DNA of 43,756 nucleotides. It comes from a bacterium. Lineage in GTDB: Bacteria; Elusimicrobiota; Elusimicrobia; UBA1565. Location of the stretch: assembly GCA_004322435.1 (NCBI GenBank), contig SCTT01000232.1:1-43756 (forward strand). Reading direction: 5' to 3'. The notes beneath the pieces were generated by a model. It saw only the letters and a program-made list of their open reading frames with translations, was not told where the DNA came from and made no database searches. Position numbers and translations under genes: made by a program. Below, piece by piece: positions 1 through 9,000 of the stretch. Within the stretch, counting starts at the first letter, position 1. Each line of letters starts with the position of its first letter.

Positions 1-8
1 GCCCGGTA

Positions 9-37
9 TTGACAGCTTCACACGCCCCGAGCATCCT
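9..37 (+). promoter_or_regulatory. Putative sigma70-type promoter for the giant gene: TTGACA-N17-CATCCT
   Basis: Perfect -35 hexamer TTGACA at 9-14. A weak -10 (CATCCT) lies 17 nt downstream, and the purine-rich SD-like tract AAGGAAGAAGGGGG lies directly before ATG57. Confidence 0.3.
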
Positions 38-56
38 TCATTAAGGAAGAAGGGGG

Positions 57-3000
57 ATGCCTTCGGCGGTAGCGGTCCATCGGATCGCGCTCCTGGCCGT
101 CGCCTTGGGGGGCGCCTTTGTCACGCCCGCCCAGGCCCACGCCCCGGGGGCGCCGGGCACTCCGGCCGTGACAAACCTCTCCACCGACTCCGTCTCGTGG
201 GCCTGGACGGCGGGCCTCGACGCGGACTCCTACCAGATCTTCCTGGCTTCGAGCATGGGCGGCCCCTACCTAACGACCGCCGCGACCTCCTTCACCCATG
301 CCGGGCTCGGCCCCAACGGCCTCTCGGACATCTATGTGCGGGGGCTCCATACCGGGGAGGACGGGCCTTTCTCGGGCCGGGCGACCGCCTACAGCTCGGC
401 CGCCCTTCCCTCGGGCCTCGCGGTCTCGAGCGTCACCGGGGTCTATGCGGTGCTGTCGTGGGGCGCCGCGGGGAACCCGGCGGAGACCTTCTACGACCTG
501 CAGAAGTCCCTCGACGGCTCCTCTTTCGCGACGCACTCCACCTACACCGTGACGGTCGCCACGGTCTCGGGGCTCGCGGCGGACACCAGCCATTACTTCC
601 GGCTGCGGGCGTACAACAAGGACTCCGTGGCCACGGACTTCGCGGGTCCCGTCTCGACGAAGACGGCCCCGACCGGCGGCACTCCGCTGCCCGCCCCGCC
701 CGCGGCGCCGTCGGGCTCCGCCCTGTCGACGTCGGCGGTGTCCTGGTCCTGGGGAGCGGTCTCCGGGGCGACGGGCTACCGGGTCTCTCTGGGCACCAAG
801 AGCTACGAGTTCCTGGCCTCGACGCCCGCCGCCGCCTTCGTCCACGCCGGCCTGACCGCCAACGAGACCTCGGGCATCGCGGTCTCCGCGGTCAACGTCA
901 CCGGCGAGGGGCCGCCGTCGCCGTCGGCGGTGAAGACCACGCTGGCGATGCCTCCGACGGGGTCGTCGGCCGCCGTCGTGACGGCGAACTCCGTGACCTT
1001 GGGCTGGGGCGCCAACGGCAACCCGTCGGGCACGGTCTACGAGGTGCAGAGCACGACCGAGGGCGGCTCCTTCGCCTTCGCCGGGAACTTCAACAACGTC
1101 GGGGCGACCCTCTCCGGCCTGACCTCGGACACGACCTGGCAGTTCCGCGTGCGGGCCCAGAACCAGGACGCCGTGCTCACCGCCTTCGACGCCGTCGTGA
1201 CGACGCGCACGGGGGTGCCCTTCCCAGGCCAGCCCGGGAACCCCGCGAGCACGTTCATCTCGACGGCCGAGGTCGTCTGGGCGTGGAGCGCGGCGACGGA
1301 CGCGACGGCCTACCAGGTGCGCTTGGCGACCGCCTCGGGGACGCTCGTGGCGACGCCGACGGCGCCCGCCTACGCGCACGTCGTGGGGCCCAACGCCCTC
1401 TCCTCGCTGATCGTCCGCGGCCAGAACGCCAACGGGGTGGGGCCGTTCACCTCAACCGTGACCGTCCACACCTACGCCCGCGCGCCGACGTCTTTGGCGC
1501 TGTCGTCGGTGACCTCGCTGTTCGCGTCCCTGACGTGGAGCGCCGACGGCAACCCCGCCGGCACCACCTACCTGCTCGAGAAGTCCACCGAGGGCGGCGC
1601 GTTCGAGGCGCACTCCACCTACACGGTGACGGCCGCCACCGTCGCGGTGCTGCTCCCTTCGACGACGTATACCTTCCGCGTGCTGGCCGTCAACGACGAC
1701 CTCGTCGCGACGGCCTACAGCGGGACGGTCTCCACCGTCACCGCCGCGACCGGCGGGACGCCCCCGCCCGGGAACCCCGGCTCGCCGACGCCGACGGTGC
1801 TCTCCACCGCGGAGGTCTCCTGGGAGTGGACGGCCGCCTCCGACGCCGAGTCCTACCGGGTGTTCCTCGATTCCAAACCCGCGGAGCTCCTGACCACGGT
1901 CCCGACGACCGGGTTCATCCACGCGGAGCTGCCCATCAACTCCCGCTCCGCCATCCGCGTCCAGGCCGTCAACGGCACGGGCGTGAGCCCCCAATCGAAC
2001 GGCGCCTCGGTGTACACCAAAGCCATGGTCCCGTCGACGCCGACCTTCACGGTGGTCGGGCACGACAACGTGAGCCTCGCCTGGGACGAGCAGGGCAACC
2101 CGCCGGGGACGGAATACGAGGTCGAGGGAGCGACCGTAGGCGGCGTCTTCGACGTCCTAAGCGGCGCGACGTTCGGCGTCGTGGACCTCGCGGGCCTGCA
2201 GGGCTCGACGACCTACCAGTTCCGCATCCGCGCGCTGAACTTCGGCGGCGTCCCGACGGGCTACTCGGGCGTCGCGTCGACGCGGACCCTCGAGCCCCCG
2301 CCGCCGGCCCCCGGCGCGCCGACCCCCGTGGTGCTCTCGACGGGGGACGTCGCCTGGTCCTGGACGACGTCCACGGCGGCGGTCAGCTACGAGGTCCGCT
2401 ACGCGACGGAAGTCACCCGCCTCCTGCTCTCCACGGCCGTCGGCTCCTTCACGCTCCGCGGCCTGGGGCCCAACGAGCCTTCGGGCATCGTCGTCCGCGG
2501 CGTGAACGCGGCCGGGCCCGGGCCGCTGTCCGGCGCGGCGACCGCCTACACCTGGGCGATGGCGCCGGCGTCCCTGGCCGACGTGTCGGTCGCGTCGACG
2601 ACGCTCTATTTGTCCTGGGACGCGGCGGGCAACCCCGCCGGGACCTATTACGAGCTCCAGCGCGCGACCGACGGCGCGACCTTCCTCGCCTACTCCACCT
2701 ACACCGTCGCCGCGGCGACGGTCTCCGCGCTGGCCCCGGCGACGACGTTCGAGTTCCGCGTGCGCGCGGCCAACGGCGACGGGGTCACGACGGCGTTTTC
2801 GAACACGCTCGCGACCGGCACGGCCCCTCCTCTGCCCGGCGTGCCCGGGGTCCCCGGGACGTTCTTTCTCTCGACGGGGGCGGTGACCTGGGCCTGGACC
2901 CCGGGTTCGGACACCGTCTCCTACGAGCTGGTCCTCGACTCGGACACGGCCCAGGTGCTGGCCGCGCCGGCCGTGAGCTCGGCCACGCTGACGTTCGGCC

Positions 3001-6000
3001 CCAACGAGCGCTCGGCGGTCCGGGTCCGCGGCGTGAACGCGGCGGGCTCCGGGCCGCTGTCGGGCGTCGGCCAGGTCTACACGCTGGCGATGCCGCCCTC
3101 GGCGCTGGCGGTCACGGACGTCCAGCCCTCGGCGGTCTCGCTGTCATGGAACGCCTCCGGCAACCCCGGAGGGACGAGCTACCAGGTCCAGCTCTCCTCG
3201 GCCGGGGGCCCGTTCGGGACGGTCTCCACCGTGGGCTCGGAGTTCGCCGACGTCGGGGGCCTCTCTTCGGCGACGGCCCACTCCTTCCGGGTCCGCGCGC
3301 TCAACGGCGACGGGGTGACCAGCGCCTTCTCGAGCTCCCTGTCGACCACGACGAAGAACCTGCCTCCGGGCGTCCCCGGCACGCCGTCCGCCGCCTTCCT
3401 CTCTACTTTGTCCGTCACGTGGGCCTGGACCCCGGCGGCCGACGCCTCCTCCTACGAGGCCTTCCTCGCGAGCGAGACCGCCACGCTCGTCGCGGCGCCC
3501 GCGGTGAGCTCCTTCACTCTGACGCCGGGGCCGAACGCCCCCTCCGCCGTCGTGGTGCGGGGCGTCAACGTCGCGGGACCCGGGCCCCTCTCGGGCGCGG
3601 CGACCGTCTACACGCTCGCCGCCGAGCCGACCGGCCTCGCGGCGGTCGACGTCACCGCGAACTCGGCGGACCTCGCCTGGCAGACCGGCGGCAACCCGCC
3701 CGGGACGGTCTACCAGCTCGAGGCGTCGAGCGGGGGGCCTTACGTCTCCGCCGCGGTCACGAGCGCCCTGGGCGCCTCGTTGGCGGGGCTCTCGTCTTCG
3801 ACGGCCTACGGCTTCCGCGTCCGCGCGGTCAACGAGGACGGCGTGCCGGGGGGCTATTCGGGGGTGCTCGCCACCGCGACGCACGCGCTGGGCGGCCAGC
3901 CGGCGCCGGGCGCGACGGGCACGCCGGCGACGGTCTTGGTCTCCAGCGCGGACGTCTCCTGGGCCTGGTCCCCCGCCTCCGACGCCGACCGCTACAAGGT
4001 GTTCCCGGCCTCGAACACGGCGGTCCTGCTCGCCTCTCCGACGGCGGCCGGCGTCGTGTTCTCTGGGATGACCCCGAACCGCCCCTCCGCCGTCGTCGTA
4101 CGCGGCGTCAACGACGCGGGCAACGGGCCGCTCTCCGCGGCGGCGACCGCCTACACGCTGGCGCTGGCCCCCTCCGCCCTGGCGGTCGACGAGGTCTCCT
4201 TCACGTCGGTCACGGTGTCCTGGAGCGGCGGGGCGAACCCGGCGGGGACCGAGTACCGGCTCGAGACCTCCACCGACCTCGTGTCCTACACGCCCTATTC
4301 GACGACGACGGCCGCGTCGGCCTACGTCGGCGGCTTCTCCTCCGACACGGTCTACGGGATCCGGGTTCAAGCGGCCAACGCCGACGGCGTCCCGACCGCC
4401 TACGCGCCCGCGGTCTCGACCCGGACCTTGAGCCCCATCCCGGGCCCGACCGGCACGCCGGCCCCGGTCGTCCTCTCCACGGGCGACGTCTCCTGGACCT
4501 GGGCGGCGGCCGACCGCGCGCTCGGCTACGAGGTGAGCCTGGCCTCGGACACCCTGTCGGTCTTGGCCTCGACCGGCGCCGCCGCGGTCGTGCTGCGGGG
4601 CTACGCCCCCAACACGCTCTCCGCGATCCGGGTGCGGGGGACGAACACGGACGGCCCCGGCCCCCTCTCGGCGTCCGGGGCGGCCTACACGCTGTCCATG
4701 GTGCCGACGTCCTTGACCGGGGCGGACGCCGCGTCGACCACCCTCCACCTCGTCTGGAGCCCCGCCGGCAACCCGGCGGCCACCGACTACGAGCTGCAGA
4801 TGGACGTCGGGTCCGGGTTCTTCTACGCCGGCGCGTTCTCGGTGGCCGAGGCGACGGTCTCGGCCCTGTCGCCGGCGACCACCTACCAGTTCCGCGTCCT
4901 CGCCTACAACCACGACGGCGTCCAGACCGCGTACTCGGCGCCGCTGGCCACCGGCACCGCGCCGCCCTTCCCCGGCGCGCCCGGGACCCCCGCGGCGGCC
5001 TACGTCTCGACCGGCGTCGTCACCTGGGCCTGGACGGCGGCCTCCGACGCGGCGACGTATGAGGCGCTGCGGGCCTCGGACACCGCCTCGGTGCTGGCGG
5101 CCCCGGCGGTGAGCTCGTTCACCCTGACTTCGGGCCCCAACGAGCCCTCCGGCGTGGTCGTGCGCGGCGTCAACGCCGCGGGCGCGGGCCCGCTGTCGGC
5201 TTCCGCCACCGTGTACACGCTGGCGATGCCGCCGACGGCCCTGGCCGTCACGGCGGTCTCCGCGACCTCCGCCGAACTGACGTGGAGCGCCTCCGGGAAC
5301 GCGGGCGGGACGACGTACCACATCGAGCGCTCCACGGACGGCAGTCTCTTCTTCCCGGCCGGGGACACCGCCGCCGTCGGGGCGACGGTGGCGGGCCTGT
5401 CCTCGGCGACCGCCTACTCCTTCCGCCTCCGGGCCGAGAACGGGAACGCCGTCCTGACGGAGTACTCGAACGTCGCGGCGACCCAGACGAGCAACGCGGT
5501 CGGCCCGCTGCCCGGGCTCGCCGGGACGCCGTTCACGCTCTTCGTCTCCTCGGACGACGTCTCTTGGACGTGGGCGGGCTCCTCCGCCGCGACCTCCTAC
5601 AAGGTCTTCCCGGCCTCGAGCCCGGCGACCCTGCTCGGCGCGCCGGCGACGAACCTGTTCTCCCTCTCGGGCATGGGGCCGAACGTCCGCTCGGCCATCG
5701 CGGTCGCCGGCATCAACGCCGAGGGCGAAGGCCCGCTGTCGGCGGCCGCGACGGCGTACACCTATGCGCTGCCCCCGGCGTCGCTGGCGCTCGGCTCCGT
5801 GGGCGCGAGCTCGGTGACGCTGTCCTGGAGCGCCGGCGGCAACCCCGCCGGGACGCGCTTTAAGGTCGACGTCTCCTTCGACGGCGTCTTCTTCGTGCCG
5901 TTCACGACGACGACGGCGGTCTCGCTGGCCGCCGTCAGCCTGGCCAGCAGCACCGATTACAGCTTCCGGGTCTCGGCCTTAAACGGCGACCTGGTCGAGA

Positions 6001-9000
6001 CGGCTTTCTCGAACTCGGTGACGACGACGACGCTCTCCCCCTTGCCGGGGCCGACGGGGACCCCGTCCGCCGTCGCCGCCTCCACGGGGCATGTGACTTG
6101 GGGTTGGAGCGCGGCGGTCCAGGCCTCTTCCTACCAGGTCTATCTGGCGACCAAGACCTCGGAGCTCGTCGCGGCGCCGACGGCCGCCTCCACCGTCCGC
6201 TTCGTGGGGCCCAACCAGGCCACGTCCATCGTCGTGCGGGGGACGAACACCTTCGGGGCCGGGCCCCTGTCGGGGGCGGCGACGGCCTACTCCTGGGCGA
6301 AGCCGCCGACGTCGTTGGCGCTGACGGCTGTTTCTTCGGCGGCGGTCGGACTCTCGTGGAGCGCGAACGGCAACCCGGCGGGGACCGTCTATGAGCTGCA
6401 GCTCTCGACCGACGGCGCCGCCTACGCGGTGTTCTCGACGATGACCGCGGCCGCGGCGAGCGCGGACCTGGCGGCCTCGACCACGTATTTCTTCCAAGTG
6501 CGGGCGCGGAACGCGGACCTCGTGAACACGGCCTTCGCGGCGGCCGTGTCGACGCGGACTTTGCCGCCTCTGCCGGGGACGCCGGGGACGCCCTTCACGG
6601 CCTCGGTGTCGACGGGCGGGGTGGCCTGGGTCTGGGCGGGGGGCGCGGACGCGGCGTCCTATCAGGTGTCGTTGGCGTCCAACACCGCGGAGCTCTTGTC
6701 CTCGCCGACGACGAATACGTTCCTCAAGGTCCTCGGCCCTAACGAGCCCTCGGGCGTGGTCGTGAGGGCGCTCAACGCCACCGGCTCCAGTCCGCTGTCG
6801 GCCTCGGCGACGGCCTACAGCTGGGCGAAGGCTCCGACGTCCTTCGCGCTGACGTCCGTGTCGTCCTACGCCGTGGGCCTGTCTTGGTCGGCCAACGGCA
6901 ACCCGGCGGGCACCGTCTACGAGCTCCAGCTCTCCACCGATGGCGCGGCGTACTCTCCGTTCTCGACCACGACCGCGGTCTCCGTGAGCGCGGCCCTGTC
7001 GGCCTCGAGCACCTATTTCTTCCAGGTGCGGGCGCGGAACGCGGACCTCGTGGACACGGCCTTCGCGGCGGCCGTGTCGACGCGGACTTTGCCGCCTCTG
7101 CCGGGGACGCCGGGGACGCCTTTCGCGGCCTCGGTGTCGACGGGCGGGGTCGCCTGGGTGTGGGCGGGGGCGGCGGACGCGGCCTCGTACCAGGTCTCGT
7201 TGGCGTCCAACACCGCGGAGCTCCTGTCCTCGCCGACGACGAACACGTTCCTCAAGGTCCTAGGGCCCAACGAGCCCTCGGGCGTGGTCGTGAGGGCGCT
7301 CAACGCGACCGGCTCCAGTCCGCTGTCGGCCTCGGCCACGGCCTACAGCTGGGCGAAGGCTCCGACGTCTTTTGCGCTGACTTCGGTGTCCTCGGCGGCC
7401 GTGGGCCTGTCCTGGTCGGCCAACGGCAACCCGGCGGGCACCGTCTACGAGCTCCAGCTCTCCACCGACGGCGCGGCGTACTCTTCGTTCTCGACCATGA
7501 CGGCCGTGACGGCGAGCGCGGTCCTCTCGCCTTCGAGCACTTATTTCTTCCAGGTGCGGGCGCGCAACGGCGACTTGGTGACCACGGCCTTCGCGGCGGC
7601 CGTGTCGACGCGGACTTTGCCGCCTCTGCCGGGGACGCCGGGGGCGCCTTTCACGGCGTCGGTGTCGACGGGCGGGGTGGCCTGGGTGTGGGCCGGGGCG
7701 GCGAACGCGGCCTCGTACCAGGTCTCGTTGGCGTCCAACACCGCGGAGCTCCTGTCCTCGCCGACGACGAACACCTTCCTCAAGGTCCTCGGCCCCAACG
7801 AGCCTTCGGGGGTGGTCGTGAGGGCGCTCAACGCGACCGGCTCTGGCTCGCTGTCGGCCTCGGCCACGGCCTACAGCTGGGCGCAGGCTCCCGCGTCGTT
7901 GGGGCTGACCGCGGTGACGTCGGGGACGGTGGGGCTGTCCTGGTCGGCCAACGGCAACCCGGCCGGGACGGTCTATGAGCTGCAGCGCTCGACCGACGGG
8001 ACGACCTTTGCGGCGTTCTCCACGTACACCGCGGCGGCGGCGACCGCGGGGGGGCTCGCGGCCTCGACGACGTACTTCTTCCAGGTCCGGGCCCGCAACG
8101 GCGACCTCGTGACCACGGCCTTCGCCGCCGCGGTGTCGACGCGCACGCTGCCGCCCGTGCCGGGGGCGCCCGGGACGCCCTTCACGGCGTCGGTGTCCAC
8201 CGGCGGCGTGGCCTGGGTCTGGGCTGGGCTCGCGGAAGCGGCCTCCTACGAGGTCGTGCTGGCGACGAAGGTCTCCGAGGTCCTGGCCGCGCCCACGACG
8301 AACGCGACGACGCGCGTGTCAGGGCCCAACGAACCCTCGGCCATCAGCGTCCGGGCCCTGAACCCGAGCGGGGCAGGCCCTCTGTCTTCGGCGGCGACCG
8401 CCTACTCTTGGGCGATGCCGCCGGCGTCGCTGGCCCTGACGGCGGTCTCCTCGGCGGCGGCGGGGCTCTCCTGGAGCGCGAACGGAAACCCGGCGGGGAC
8501 GCTCTACGAGCTGCAGCTCTCGCTCGACGGGTCGGCGTACGCGCCCTACTCGACGTATGCGGTGACGGGGGCGACCCCGGCGCTGGCGGCCTCGACGACG
8601 TACTACTTCCGGGTCCGGGCCCGCAGCGGGGACGCGGTGGACACGGCCTTCGCGTCGGCCGTCTCGACGTCCACCCTCCCGCCGGCGCCGGGCCAGCCCG
8701 GAACCCCGGTGGGCGCCGCGCTGGGCGTCGCCTCCGTCTCATGGACCTGGGGGGCGGCGGCCGACGCGTCGGGCTACTCCGTCTTCGTCGCCTCAGACCT
8801 CGTCGCGGCGGCGTCCACGACGGCCTCCGCCTCCTACCTCGAGCTGGGCCTGTCCCCCAACGTCCCGGCGGGGCTGGTCGTCGCGGGCGTCAACCCGTCG
8901 GGCCAGGGGGCGCTGTCCGCGGCGGCCACGGTCTACACGCTCGCGATGCCGCCGGCGTCCTTGGCGCTGACGGCGGTGTCCTCGTCGGCGGCGGGCCTGT

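Noticed and set aside
197-5062. 1621-aa ORF (and many others such as 3144-5321 minus, 270-1379 minus, 8408-11185 plus) overlapping the giant gene in other frames
   Set aside because: Their translations are dominated by Arg/Gly/Pro/Ala runs, which is typical of off-frame reading of GC-rich coding DNA. They have no signal, domain or repeat logic, whereas the frame starting at 57 gives coherent FN3 modules throughout.
6561-8147. Regularly spaced repeats that could be mistaken for a CRISPR-like array
   Set aside because: The period is 528 bp, the repeats are contiguous with no unique spacers, and they are in frame within a protein-coding FN3 array.
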